Shown one piece after another: positions 28,777-43,178 of a stretch of DNA of 64,000 nt. This DNA is from Octopus sinensis (taxonomy: Eukaryota). Positions within the stretch are counted from its first letter, which is position 1. Each line of letters begins with the position of its first letter. The notes below the pieces were generated by a model. It saw only the letters and a program-made list of their open reading frames with translations. It was not told where the DNA came from and ran no database searches. The stretch lies in NCBI RefSeq assembly GCF_006345805.1, contig NW_021836163.1, positions 1 through 64,000 of the forward strand. Reading direction: 5' to 3'. The position numbers were made by a program, and so were the translations under genes.

Positions 28777-29377
28777 GTGAGGGAGGAGAGAGGAGAGAGA
28801 GAGAGAGAGACAGAGAAAGAGAGAGAGAGAGACAGATAGGCAGATAGATATCGGGTGAAATTCTTGGCAGCATTTTGTTCGTCTTTACGTTCTGGGTTCA
28901 AATTCTGCCGGGTCGACTTTGCGGTTCATCTTTTTGGGGGATCGACAAAACAAGTAACAATTGAGTATTGGGATCGATGTAATCGATTTGGCCCCCCCCT
29001 TCCTCTAAATTGTTGGTGTTGCGCAGAAAATTAGCAAGGGTTATTGTTGTTGTTGCTGTAGTCGTTGAGATTATTAAAATGAAAGAAAGAAATTGTTAAA
29101 AACAACAACACCCAGACACAGGTAACACGATTACACAAACGCAGGAGTACCACTACTACTACTACCGCTACTACTACTACTACCACCCACCACCACCACC
29201 ACTAACTACTACTACTACTACCACCACCACCACCACTACTACTACTCCTACTACCACCACCACCAACCACTACTACTACTACTACTAATACTAGTACCAC
29301 CACCACACTACTACTACTCCTACTACCCCACCACCACCACCACCACCACCACTACTATACCACCACCACCACCACCA

Positions 29378-29437
<60 letters not shown>

Positions 29438-30273
29438 GACTACTACTACTGCTCGGAGACAACTGGTAATCTTATTTTTCTTCTGAATTAAGACAGCTTT
29501 TTCACACCAGCCACGAATCAGGTGAGGCTTAGTAATTAAATAGAATAAGAATGGCCAACGATGACGACGACGACCACCACCATCATCACCACCACCATCA
29601 CCAGAACAACAACAACAACAACAAGAATAATTACGTCAACCGAAAGAAAATAAAACAAACAGAAAACACACAGAAACAAAACACTGAGCAAGTAAGTAAG
29701 CCTCAATATAGTCGCTCGATCAGTTAGATATAGCAGCCAAAGCTTCCTCAAATCACACTTTATCCTTTCAAAAACAAGAAGGACACATTTGACAATAGAA
29801 CCATCGATAATACACGGCTGGAACACCTGTGAATCATTAGGAGTTGACCTTGGGTTATATAAATACAAGAGCAAACACAGCAATAGTGACAAGAACAATG
29901 GCTGTTGCATAAAGTAGAAAGCTAATCCAAACAGATTATTGTATGGCTGTGTGGGCCAAGTACTTTACAGCTACGCCGTTTCAGGTTCGATCCCGCACTG
30001 CAGCGTCGTCAGCCACAAACTCATGGTGACTGCAACCTGGGCAATGAAACTTGTGGCAGCGTCTGTAGTTGGCTTTTTGTGTGATCAGTAGATCTAATGT
30101 ATGACCCTCCGGGCACCGTGGGTATCTTTAGAAAGGGCCAGTTTGTTAGAAGTATTTTGTTGAAGTCATCACTGGTTTCAAGACATTCTCCTTCCTCACT
30201 CTCTCCCACCAATTTTGGAGGCCTTGATAAACGCCCCCCACCCAGCCAATAACTCTTCCTTCTCTGCGAAAAG

Positions 30274-30404
<131 letters not shown>

Positions 30405-31530
30405 GACTGTCTGTCTGTCTGCCTGCCTGTCTGTCTGTCTGTCTATCTATCTATACCACAAGGCATTTGTCAGTCCCTCTTACGACCGGATCGGTTGATC
30501 CACTAGAGATAGAAACCGCATTTGCCTGCATCACATATTATTGACTGAAAGGATATATTAGCTAAGGTAGCCCTATCTGTATTATCTTTGAAAAAAAAAA
30601 GTGTGGATGGTCACGCTTAGAATGCTTTTCCCCCAGCGCTAAGCAACAACACTGATCTCTTCCAAGGACATCAGAGACTGGATTTTACTGAACATTTCTT
30701 TGCGGATGGTCACCGAATAAAAATATTATAAATACATCGTGTTTCGATTTAAATCTTGTAAACGACATAAAATCTTTTAAAGATTCCACATTACAAGATT
30801 AACGACCGAAGAAAACAGATTTATTGAATTAAAAGATTTCATCACTGCATAAGCCATTCATGAAAGATTTTTACAGCCACAACACAAAACCATTTAATAT
30901 CTCAAATTATACACCAACAAGATCGGACAGAACATAACTGACGAAATCTCACAACTCGTAAAATACGCAAAAAGTCAAGGTAGCCTTTTTTTTTTTACTT
31001 AGACACCGAAACGGTATTCGTAAACTAAGAGTAGACGGCGAAGTGCGCGCGCGCGCACACACACACACACACATATACGTACGCAGACACAGACAGACTG
31101 CCACAACTTCATCAACTGTCCAGAGATTGTACACGTCAACTACAAAACTTTTCCTCTCTTCCAAACGTCATCACCGTGGGAGGTTTAAAGGCATGGTTTT
31201 CAAACAATACATACAACACAAGAGGTAACTGAACACTCTACGCATCCTAAGTAACACACACACGTCACCGAATCAACAACGAAAATTCTCCACTAAATAT
31301 AATTTTCAGGTTGCCACTCTTACCACAGCCATTTGCTTCCCCAACTTCGCTTGAATTTTCCTCGGACCTACAAAACAATTGTCATCTCAACACACACTTC
31401 ACAGTCATTTCTTTTTACCAATTGAAATGATTCAAATAAAGCATCAATTTTTATCAAGTTTTTGTTTTATCTTCTAATAATCTTCAAATAAAAAGAATAT
31501 CGAGTCTCCAGGACGTATATCCAATAAAAC

Positions 31531-31566
<36 letters not shown>

Positions 31567-31567
<1 letters not shown>

Positions 31568-32413
31568 GTGGTCTGGTCAATAAGTATTCGGACTGATGCC
31601 ATAGTAACGAAGCTAAAGCACGGAGAGTGAAGCCGCTTGGCACATATTGATCTTGAACTCTGATGCGCATGCGCACTAAGCTTTAATGTTCTAGCTCATT
31701 TCTGGTATTTACAGCAGTGTTTGGAAGGAAGGTGTGTAGCGTGTGATCGTCGCTTTGACCATGACAGTTGAGCAGAGAATCTGCATCACACTTTGCCAAA
31801 AGCTTCACAATACCTGCTCCGAGGCCTACACAAAGGTTTCAAAAAGTTTCCATCGTTCTCGACACAATCAAGGAAATCTTGTGCAACTGAAACCCGAGTG
31901 TCCTTTTGGTCAGCTGAAAACGGTATTAGCACAAACTTGGCAGACACGCGTCTCATACCCTAATCTTCAGTGATAATCGACTGGGCTGAACCGTAACTAA
32001 TCTGCACATCCTCTGATTACTCACGGATGATGATTCAACGATTTCCCCTCACAGCTACACTTACATCTGCAATGTTTTTCCCAGAACGCTCGTCAGTATT
32101 GACATTTTTTCGGCCATCTTGGAAACATCTGAACCACTCGTACGCTTGTGTGCGACTCATACACTCCTCTCCTTTCACTTTCTGCAACTTTGCGTAGGCC
32201 TCGGAGCAGGTATCGCCATGAGAACGTTCTCTGTCATGGTCAATGTGACGAGCACACGCTACACACCTTCCTTCCAAGCACTCCTTTAAATAGCGGAAGA
32301 GATCTAGAACATTGAAACTTACTTCAAGATCAATCTGTGCCACGCGACTTCACTCTGCGTGCTTTAGCTTCGTTACTATGGCAACAGTCCGGATACTTAT
32401 TGATTAAATCTAG
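31567..32413. mobile_element. Mariner-derived long-TIR MITE, copy 2
   Basis: TA|CGTGGTCTGGTCAATAAGTATTCGGACT ... AGTCCGGATACTTATTGATTAAATCTAG|TA; ORF remnant SEAYAKLQKVKGEECMSRTQAYEWFRCFQDGR. Confidence 0.85.
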
Positions 32414-32780
32414 TATATATGTGTGTTTGTGTGTGCGTACGTGTGTATGTGTGTGCGTGTGTGTGCATGCATGCGTGCGAAGGCACGTGGCCTGTTTAGG
32501 CGTGTTGTATCCACGATGGTGAGATCGTGCTTTCGAATCCCAGACTGGCTGCGTGCTGTGTTCTTGAGCAACGCAGTTCATTTCCCGTCGGTCCAGTCCA
32601 CTCAGTTATAAATAGGACACACTGCGACGGACTGGCCTTTCGACCAGGGAGCGGGGGTGGGGCCCGAACGCCTGACCAGATGATGCAAAACGCATTTTGA
32701 TAAGCGATATATAACAACATCCGATAATGTAATCAATCACGTGATATGTATATATATCCGATTGCAATCAGAGCTTCGAT

Positions 32781-33010
32781 TCAAGCTTTCCAAAGGAATT
32801 CATAAGCCTTAGACAATCTATAACTGACCTCCTCGTCTTGTGTGCTAAATCTAGATAGCGTGACACCAAGATAGCCATGTGTATTTCCGACTTTTAACTT
32901 TAAACCCTCGACGTACATCAAGGGTGGGGTGTATGGTTTGCCCGATGCAGGCTGTAGCATGACCACGGTCTTCTTAAAAGTGATTGTTTGTCCAAATTCC
33001 TCACACGATA
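32781..33010 (-). pseudogene. RTE-clade LINE RT fragment
   Basis: FGQTITFKKTVVMLQPASGKPYTPP...GYLGVTLSR..DEEVSYRLSKA. Confidence 0.7.
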
Positions 33011-33232
33011 CATTTAATCATGCATACATACGTAGTACATACATGCATCCATACAGCCATACATACTTGCATGCATACATACACACACACACACATATAT
33101 AGATAGATACATATATATATGTGCACATATATATATATATAATATATATATATATACATATATGTTTTTATTTCATTTCATGTCATTTAGCTTATATATA
33201 TATATGTGTTTACATTCTTTCTGTTTACATTT

Positions 33233-33485
33233 CTGCCCTGTTTAACATTGTCCAGAAAGAGATTAAGGAGGAAAATGATCCCATCAACTTTAAACGGAGT
33301 CTGGACAGATTTCTTCAAGGAATACCTGATAAGCCACCCATACCTGGATACAACTTACTCAACAAAAACTCACTACTTGAATGGACCATAAACAAAACTT
33401 GACTTAAAAAGGATTTAGATAATCCTATGAGGTGGTGCTATTAAGTTAGACATGGCCTGGACCAATCTTTGGTCGAAACATAGCT
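33233..33485 (+). pseudogene. CR1/L2-like LINE 3' end
   Basis: LFNIVQKEI...FKRSLDRFLQGIPDKPPIPGY..NKNSLLEW; tail GGTGGTGC..CATGGCC-hairpin-GAAACA. Confidence 0.7.
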
Positions 33486-33511
33486 AAGTATTGAATGACT
33501 TTTGTCAATAT

Positions 33512-34662
33512 TATGATTTTTGTCTTTTGACATTTGATAGCCGTTACTCTTAGCTTACTTTAGTAGTAAATTGCGCGTAATTTTGTTTAGTGGCAATTTT
33601 AACATGGATTGCAAAAACGAACACTTTCGCCATATTTTGCTTTTTTTATTTCCGTAAAGGCAAGAAAGCTACCGAGGTTCGCAAAGGGATATGTGAAGAC
33701 TATGGTGTTGATTGCTTAACACAATGCATATGTCAGAAATGGTTTTAAAATTCCGTTCTAGAGATTTTTCGCATAAAGATGACCAATGTTCTGGTCGATC
33801 TAGTGAAGTTGATGATGACCGAATCAAAGCCATAATTGAATCTGATTGTCATATAACTGTGCGAGAGATTGCAGAGAGGTTGGTTAAATGTATCACACAA
33901 CAACAACTGAAAAATCAGTTAAAATGTCTTGGACTCGTTAAGAAGCTCGATTTTTGGGTTCCACAAACTGAAAAAGATTCACTTAACACAATGAATTAAT
34001 ATTTGCAATATGCACCTTAAACGCAATGAAATCGACCTCTTTTTGAAAAGAATCATCAGTGGTGATGAAATATGGATTGTCTACAATGATATCAATCGAA
34101 AACGATCATACTCCAAGCAAAATGAATCGGCACAAATCACATCGAAAGCTGAATTGCATAAAAAAGTGTGATTACAAAGGTATTGTGTATTTTGAGCTGA
34201 TTCCAAGGAACATAACGATCAATTCAGTTGTTTACTGTCAACAACTAATGAAACTGGAGGAAACAATCAAAGAAAAACGCCCAGAATTGGCAAATCGTAC
34301 AGGAATCGTGTTTCACCATGACAATGCTAGACCCACACATCTTTGCTAACTCGTGAATAATTCTTGGGCATGGTTCGGAAGTGATGCCATATCCACCATA
34401 TAGCCTTGACCTTGCACCATCAGATTACCATTTATTTCAAAGTTTGTAAAATTCTTTGAAATGGTAAAACTTTCAATAATGATGATGACCTGAAATCGGA
34501 CTTGCTTCAGTTTTGGGCTGATGCGGACCAGAAGTTCTAAGAGCCTGGAATCATGAAGTTGCCAGAAAGATGGCAAAAGGTCGTCGAACAAAATGGAAAA
34601 TTATATAATTGATTGAAGTTCATTCTTTTTATGAAACAAAAAAACTTTTTTTGTCAACCCAA
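33512..34662 (+). mobile_element. Mariner transposon relic (mellifera-like), transposase pseudogene
   Basis: MDCKNEHFRHILLF.., WVPQ, SGDEIW, HHDNARP, PPYSLDLAPSDYHLF; right TIR ...TTTTGTCAACCCAA|TA. Confidence 0.9.
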
Positions 34663-34863
34663 TATATTACACACACACATATATATATACATACACACAT
34701 ATATGTGTATATGAATCTATGTACGTATGTGTGTGTATACATATATATATATATACGTACTTATATCTATATGTGTATATATGTATATATATATGCACAC
34801 ACATAAAATCGTGCAAGTGTGTACGTGTATATGCATGGATAGATAAATGCATATATGTATATA

Positions 34864-34916
<53 letters not shown>

Positions 34917-35110
34917 TACATACATATATGTATATATGTGTATATGTATAATCCAGAATCCACGAGAATCCAAGGTAAATATTAATTTATTTACAATAAA
35001 AGTCAAGTTAGTGTATTAAAAATTGTTAAAACAAGAAAATATCACTATTTCAGGCATTGGCTCTTTATCAAGATTGAGGCTAGAGAAATGACAAAAGGGA
35101 GAAAAGAATT

Positions 35111-35328
35111 TCCCACTACTTCTGCACGTGATCAGAGATGCACATATCGTCAGCCACCAAGGGACATGCTCAGCTGGTTACGGTCCAACAACTGACAAGC
35201 AAATCTGTGGTATTGAGCAGAATGTTTGCTGTAGCCCATCTTTTATACCAAGACAAAACAATGTACATGATAACACTTCCAATCAGTTAAGATCAGAAGC
35301 CATGAGAGCCACTGTCTGGTACTGCATC
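35111..35328 (-). mobile_element. 552-bp element, partial copy 2
   Basis: Matches the terminal ~220 bp of 35431-35982; the truncated end is not at a microsatellite. Confidence 0.8.
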
Positions 35329-35385
35329 ATTATATTCATTATTATTATCATCATCATCATCATCATCATCATTATTATTATTATA

Positions 35386-35430
<45 letters not shown>

Positions 35431-35981
35431 GAGTGAGAGAGCAGTTCATGCCATCAAAGTGACACTGGGGTAAAATATACGAAGCCCAATATACCCATCA
35501 TGACTACCCGTCTGATAAAGGTACACCAGGCACATGCATCACAACCATATGTGCGCGACATGGTGATCTCATATCAAGATAAACAGCACATGACCTTGCA
35601 GGTGGGGCCCAGTTAGAATTTTCTTCAGGTTGAGTAGCCCATCCCGCTCAAAAGGTCCCTGAATAAGGGTTGTTAAGGATGTTGAAAGAACAACCATGTT
35701 TCCAGAGGTGAACTATTCAAACCCCAAAGAATCCCTCTCAACACATGGCTATGATGCTCCCCCACTACTTCTGCTCGTGATCAGAGATGCACATATCGTC
35801 AGCCACTAAGGGACATGCTCAACTGGTTAAGGTCAAACAACTGACAAGCAAATCTGTGGTATTGAGCAGAATATTTGCTGTAGCCCATCTTTTTATACAA
35901 GACAGAACAATGTACATGATAACACTTCCAATCAGTTAAGATCAGAAGCCATGAGAGCCACTGCCTGGTACTGCATCAGGG

Positions 35982-35982
<1 letters not shown>
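35431..35982 (-). mobile_element. 552-bp element, full copy 3
   Basis: (ATT)n|GAGTGAGAGAGCAG ... CTGCATCAGGGC|(ATT)n. Confidence 0.9.
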
Positions 35983-36032
<50 letters not shown>

Positions 36033-36039
36033 TATATTA

Positions 36040-36117
<78 letters not shown>

Positions 36118-36178
36118 TATTATTATATTATTATTATTTTTATTACTATTATTATATTATTATTATTATTATTATTAC

Positions 36179-36214
<36 letters not shown>

Positions 36215-36295
36215 TATTATTTTTATTACTATTATTATTATTATATTATTATTATTATTATTACTATTATTATTATATTATTATTATTACTATTA

Positions 36296-36355
<60 letters not shown>

Positions 36356-36939
36356 CATTATTAAGGTGGTGAGCTGGCAGAATCGTTAGCGGTATTTCGT
36401 CTGCCGCTACGTTCTGAGTTCAAATTCCGCCGAGGTCGACTTTGACTTTCATCCTTGCGGGGTCGATAAATACAGTACCAATCAAACACTGGTCGATATA
36501 ATTGACTCATCCCCCTCCCCACAAATTTCAGGCCTTGTGCCTAGAGTAGAAACGGTTATTTGTTTGTTTGTTTGTTAAATAGGTTTGGAGACACAAATTG
36601 AAAAGTGTTGTATACGAAGATCAGAGGAAAAATTGAAGTGTTTTTAGCTTCAACTTTACACAGAAACCACCCCGCCCCCGCTCGCGCGCGCTCACGCCTG
36701 CACGCTCATGCACACGCACTCACACGCATACACGTACATGCATACACACAAATGTAAACGCACTTACAAACACACACACTCACACGCGTTCATGCACTTA
36801 CAGACACACACGCGAACACACAGACACACACGAACACGCACTTGCAAGCACACACACACACTCATACACACATACACACACGGACACGCACTCACAGACA
36901 CATACACATACTATAACAAATGGACGTTTAGTGTTGTCA

Positions 36940-37243
36940 TATGTGTATGTATGTATGTATGCATGTATGTATGTATGTATGTATGTATGTATGTTTGTAT
37001 GTATGTATGTATGTATGTATGTGTGTGTATGTATGTATGTATGTATGTTTGTATGTATGTATGTATGTATGTATGTATGTATGCATGTTTGTACGTATGT
37101 ATGTTTGTATGTATGCATGTATGTATGTATGTATGTATGTATGTATGTATGTATGAATGTATGTATGTTATGTATGTATGTATGCATATATGTATGTACG
37201 TATGTTATGTATGCATGTATGTGTGTATGTATGCATGTATGTA

Positions 37244-37274
<31 letters not shown>

Positions 37275-37347
37275 TTATGTATGTATGTATTTATGTATGT
37301 GTGTGTGTGTATGTATGTATGCATGTATGTATGTATGCGTGTATGTA

Positions 37348-37382
<35 letters not shown>

Positions 37383-37445
37383 ATGTATGTATGTATGTGT
37401 GTGTATGTATGTATGCATGTATGTATGTATGTATGCATGTATGTA

Positions 37446-37476
<31 letters not shown>

Positions 37477-37650
37477 GTATGTATGTATGCATATATGTAT
37501 GTACGTATGTTATGTATGCATGTATGTGTGTATGTATGCATGTATGTATGTGTGTGTGTGTGTGTATGTATGTATTTATTATGTATGTATTTATTATGTA
37601 TGTGTGTGTGTGTATGTATGTATGCATGTATGTATGTATGCGTGTATGTA

Positions 37651-37685
<35 letters not shown>

Positions 37686-37744
37686 ATGTATGTATGTGTG
37701 TGTATGTATGTATGCATGTATGTATGTATGTATGCATGTATGTA

Positions 37745-37775
<31 letters not shown>

Positions 37776-37863
37776 GTATGTATGTATGCATATATGTATG
37801 TACGTATGTTATGTATGCATGTATGTGTGTATGTATGCATGTATGTATGTATGCATGTATGTA

Positions 37864-37894
<31 letters not shown>

Positions 37895-38020
37895 TTATGT
37901 ATGTATGTATTTATGTATGTGTGTGTGTGTATGTATGTATGCATGTATGTATGTATGTATGTATGTATGCATATATGTATGTACGTATGTTATGTATGCA
38001 TGTATGTGTGTGTGTGTGTG
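36940..38020. repeat. Compound (TATG)n/(TG)n microsatellite with ~300-bp higher-order periodicity
   Basis: Marker CATATATGTATGTACGTATGTTATG recurs at ~37185, 37490, 37789, 37970. Confidence 0.85.
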
Positions 38021-38202
38021 TCTACTGAATATGTGTGGGTGTGTGGGTGAGTCAGCTTCATTGAATCTTTTCCGCAGCCTTTACAAAACCCCCCTCCTCC
38101 CTCTCCTCAGTCACGTGGTGTCCTCTCGAAACATCGACGTCGCGAATGTCGTTGCCACAGCTGTTGTTGTTGCTGCAAGTACTGCTGCTCTTGTTGCACC
38201 TT

Positions 38203-38324
38203 CTACTACTACTACTACCACCACTACTACTACTACTACTACCACCACTACTACTACCACCACCACCACTAACTACTACTACTACTACTACTGATACTAC
38301 CACTACGACCACTACTACTACTAT

Positions 38325-38359
<35 letters not shown>

Positions 38360-38379
38360 TACACTACTACTACTACTAT

Positions 38380-38421
<42 letters not shown>

Positions 38422-38447
38422 CACCACTACTACTGCTACTACTACTG

Positions 38448-38499
<52 letters not shown>

Positions 38500-38531
38500 C
38501 ACCACTACTACTACTACTACAACCACTACCA

Positions 38532-38570
<39 letters not shown>

Positions 38571-38658
38571 TTACTACTACTACTACTACTACTACTATAC
38601 TACCACCACTACTACTACTACTACTACCACTACCACTACCACTACTACTACTACTACT

Positions 38659-38708
<50 letters not shown>

Positions 38709-38710
38709 CA

Positions 38711-38759
<49 letters not shown>

Positions 38760-38761
38760 CA

Positions 38762-38819
<58 letters not shown>

Positions 38820-39233
38820 CGCTACTAATGCGAATGCTACTGCTAGTGCTGCTGCTGCTTTTTGTTGCATGCTGCTACTACTGTTGCTGTTGCAGCAACT
38901 GCTCTCCTCTACTCGAATCATCTGCACCACAACAATATGGAATACACAAGACACTGTGTGTGTGTGTTATACGTGTGAAAGGGGCACAGAAAGACATTCA
39001 ATTTCTATCTGTCTATCTCTTTATCTGTCGGTATTTCTCTTTCTCTCTCTCTTTATCTACCTACCTACCTATCTATCTATCTATCTATCTATGATCTATC
39101 TATCTATCTACCTATTATCTATCTATCTATCTATCTATATCTATCTATTATCTACCTACCTATCTATCTATCTATCTATCTATCATCTATCTATCTATCT
39201 ATCTATTATTATCTATCTATCTATATCTATCTA

Positions 39234-39294
<61 letters not shown>

Positions 39295-39315
39295 CTCTAT
39301 CATCTATCTATTCTA

Positions 39316-39354
<39 letters not shown>

Positions 39355-39469
39355 ATCTATTCTATCTATCTATCTATATCTATCTACTATCTATCTATAT
39401 ATCTATCTATCTATCTATCTATCTATCTGTCTATCTATCTATCTATCTATATCTATCTATCTATATCTA

Positions 39470-39539
<70 letters not shown>

Positions 39540-39555
39540 CTATCTACTGTCTCTA

Positions 39556-39594
<39 letters not shown>

Positions 39595-39728
39595 AATATC
39601 TTTTGTTTTTCTTTTGTTTTTTGTTCTCTTCATCCCCCAAAAGAAAAGCTCTACCTTGTAACTTGTTCCATCTGTGTGCAGCCCTGTGTGGCCAATAAAG
39701 AAACTTATCTATCTACCTATCTATCTAC

Positions 39729-39819
<91 letters not shown>

Positions 39820-39860
39820 CCTACCTACCTACCTATTTATCTATCTATCTATCTGCCTGC
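38203..39860. repeat. (CTA/CCA)n followed by (TATC)n microsatellite blocks
   Basis: Direct inspection. Confidence 0.9.
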
Positions 39861-40002
39861 CTGCCTACCTCCCTTTCTGTCTGTCTCTACACACACACAT
39901 ATATATATATATACATATGTTATGTATGTAGATATGTATGTAAATATCTGTAAATATATGTATATGTGAGCATATATATATACATGCATATATGTATGTA
40001 TG

Positions 40003-40047
<45 letters not shown>

Positions 40048-40071
40048 TATATATATGTGTGTGTGTATATA

Positions 40072-40115
<44 letters not shown>

Positions 40116-40183
40116 GTATATATATATAATATATATAGATATATATATACATACATACATACATACATATATATATATATAAT

Positions 40184-40238
<55 letters not shown>

Positions 40239-40425
40239 GAATATGAGGGGTTTAGTTCACTGGTGATCTAAACGAATAGGTACGCTGCGTAAGTGCTATA
40301 ATTGGTCATCCGTTAGGTTCCAGGTTCACAGCAGAGGCTGGGGCTAGGGATCCGCAGTAGGTTTCCGTGTCAGAAGGTATACATTAGAGGAATTCTCTGT
40401 CTGGAACTTTCCTATTTACACACTT

Positions 40426-40503
40426 TGTCTCTGATGACGGAATACCCAGTGTAATGGGATGCTGACCCATCACCTGGGATATCCCAGAAACAACTGTAAG
40501 ACA
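40426..40503 (+). ncRNA. Hammerhead ribozyme motif with canonical core and extended stem II
   Basis: TGTCT-CTGATGA-(cccagtg..atggg..cccat..cacctggg)-GAAAC-AACT-GTA-AGACA. Confidence 0.75.
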
Positions 40504-40515
40504 TTAATTACTTCT

Positions 40516-40609
40516 ACTTCTCGCCCAGGACAACATTTGACGTCCCGAACAAATGAAAACATAATGGAAGTTCATGAACTGATCTTGGAGGGACGTTGCC
40601 GAACAATTG

Positions 40610-40611
<2 letters not shown>
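40516..40611 (+). pseudogene. Upstream segment of the mariner transposase that resumes at 43179
   Basis: SRPGQHLTSRTNENIMEVHELILEGRCRTID joins LVDIISVSWGSCQRV at 43179. Confidence 0.75.
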
Positions 40612-40674
<63 letters not shown>

Positions 40675-40676
<2 letters not shown>

Positions 40677-42610
40677 ATCCCTAAATGCTGGTGATGTAAA
40701 AATTTCGTGTGGCATTTTCCAGGGTGACTCACTGTCACCACTCCTCTTTTGTTTATCCTTAATACCTCTCTCAAAGCTGCTCAATGACGCGCAGTACGGG
40801 TATAAAATGTTTGATAAAAATATAAATCATCTCATTTACATGGATGATTTAAAGCTTTTTACAAAAAATGACCAACAACTCAAGGGCTTACTAGCGATAG
40901 TCAAACAATTCAGTGACGACATCAGAATGCAATTCGGCCTCGATAAATGTTCAAAGGCTACCTTTATCAAAGGAAAAATGACAGAAACATCTAACGTTAA
41001 CCTTGACCAGCAGAATGTCATAAAAGAACTAGACCCAGCGGAGAGCTACAAGTACCTAGGGGTAATTGAAGGGAACGGAATAAGGCATTCAGAGATGAAG
41101 GAAAGGATCAGGAGAGAATGCTATCGAAGAGTGAGAGCAATACTCAAGACAGAGCTGAATGCAAGAAACAGGATCGAAGCGATCAATGCATTAGCCATAC
41201 CAGTCGTGACTTACAGTTTCAATATTGTTAACTGGTCAATTACTGAAATATGTCAGCTCGACAGAAAAATAAGGAAACTGTTGACAATGCATAGAATGCA
41301 CCACCCTAAGGCAGATACAGAACGACTCTATCTGCCAAGAAAAGAGGGAGGCCGTGGTCTTTGCAACTGGCAATAACAATGAAGATTGCTACAATTGGCC
41401 TAGACACCTACCTAAAAACTCTGAGGACTGGATGTTAAAACTTGTCTCAAAACATGAAAACAAGAAGCATCATACTCAGTCACAAAACAGGCAAAGGAAT
41501 ATCTAAGTGAATTCCGAATACAACCAATTTCGGAATTAGAGATAGACATACAAGAAACAAACACAGAAAAAGCTAGGCGCATGAAAACCCGTGCCAAAAC
41601 TGCGGCCTTAGATATTCTGAATAATAAATGGCAAGAAAAACCTCTCTATGGCAATACCCAAAGAGAGCGAATAATGCAGATATCGACAAAGCCCTGACCC
41701 ATCAATGGCTAATGGCCTCTGGCTTAAAATCTGAAACAGAGGGGTTTATCATAGCAGCTCAAGATCAATGCCTCCCAACAAGAAACTACCAGGCCAACAT
41801 ATTAAAGAACGGCAGTAGCCCAACATGTCGTGTATGCCGACAACAAAATGAAACCATTGACCATGTTGTCTCCAAATGCAGTCTTCTAGCGCCTACAGAG
41901 TACCTCAGTAGGCATGATAGAGCAGCACAATATATTCACTGGGTAATTTGCAAAAACCTGGATTTGCCCCATGAAAAAAACTGGTGGAAACACAATCCAC
42001 CTCCTGTGCTTGAAAATGACCACATCTCACTCCTCTGGAACTTCACCATTCAAACTGACAGGAAGATAGATGCAAATAGGCCAGACATCATATTGAAAGA
42101 CTTCAGACAAAGAACATGCCTCCTCATTGATATGACTGTCCCAATCGATATAAACGTATCTGTCAAGACCTACCAAAAACTGAGCAAATATAAAGATCTT
42201 GAAATAGAAATCAGCAAAATGTGGAAGCTGAATACTAAAACAATACCTGTTGTCATAGGTGCCCTGGGAATGATAGCGAAAGGGACTGATTGCTACCTAA
42301 CTCAGATACCAGGAAACCCCAAAATGGCAGAAATTCAAAAGATAGTGCTCATGGGAACTGCTCATATCCTACGCAAAATACTCTCTATGTAATCCCAAGG
42401 TTTAAAACAAACTTTTTTTTATTTTTATTTATTATTTTTTTTTGTTATTTTTTTATTTTTATGTATTAGACATTCACTAGTACAACACCAAAAAAAAAAC
42501 AACAAAAAAACCCAAATATATGGCACAGAACTTCTAACCTGTTGTCTCTTGAGGTCTCTGGGTGAGACTTGGAGCCAACTTGTACAGACATAAAGCAAAA
42601 GTCAAACATA

Positions 42611-42611
<1 letters not shown>
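40675..42611 (+). mobile_element. R4/Dong-like non-LTR retrotransposon, family B, 5'-truncated
   Basis: GIFQGDSLSPLLFC, HLIYMDDLKLF, CRVC..HVVSKC, RHD, NRPDIIL..D, KLSKYKDL; (AAT)n on both flanks. Confidence 0.95.
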
Positions 42612-42677
<66 letters not shown>

Positions 42678-42679
<2 letters not shown>

Positions 42680-43178
42680 AATTATTGTATACAGTTCTCA
42701 GGTGCACCACAACTTGTCAAAAGTGCATATAAAGCATATACAGTAATGTAAAAATGTCTGGGAAGTGAACAGTGTATGAGTCAGATACATGCTTGCGTGT
42801 GTATGGAGGGAAGAAAATCAGGTGTAGTGTTGGCGAATCTCAGGAAGCATGGAAGTTTTGAAGGATGCAGTGCTCTGACAACTAACAAGTGATGCCGGCA
42901 GTTTGTTCCATGCTTCAGCAACTCTCAGCGTGAAAAAATGTTTCCGAAAGTCATGGAAGGAGCTGTGCTGTTTTCTGACTTTGTAAACATGTCCATGGGT
43001 GTTAGACGGGTGGGGTTTGAAAAGGTACTCAGAGTTATTGTAAGTAAGATGGTTGATAATTTTATAGGTGTCTGCCAAGTCAGCTGCCAGACGTCGGAGT
43101 TTCAATGTATCCATGCCCAGGAAGTAAGGCATTCAGAATATGGCAAATGCCTGATGGAGGGTAATTCTCTTGGTTGCA
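42678..43178 (-). mobile_element. CR1/L2-like LINE 3' fragment with (ATT)n tail
   Basis: ATKRI..LGMDTLKLRRLAADLADTYKII...FRKHFFTLRVAEAWNKLP...SFK. Confidence 0.85.

Noticed and set aside
35930-35982. Weak resemblance of the 552-bp element end (ATCAGTTAAGATC, CCTGGTACTGCA) to U2 snRNA
   Set aside because: Only two short patches with the wrong spacing; no Sm site or branch-point recognition sequence
36708-39969. Long ORFs of 528 aa and 607 aa
   Set aside because: They are translations of stop-free TATG, CTA and TATC microsatellites with no protein-like content; the same applies to the YIYI, HTYI and MYVC ORFs throughout the window
40459-41376. 305-aa ORF looking like a transposase-polyN-RT fusion gene
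   Set aside because: Accidental in-frame junction of a mariner fragment, an (AAT)n tract and a truncated Dong RT, which frameshifts downstream
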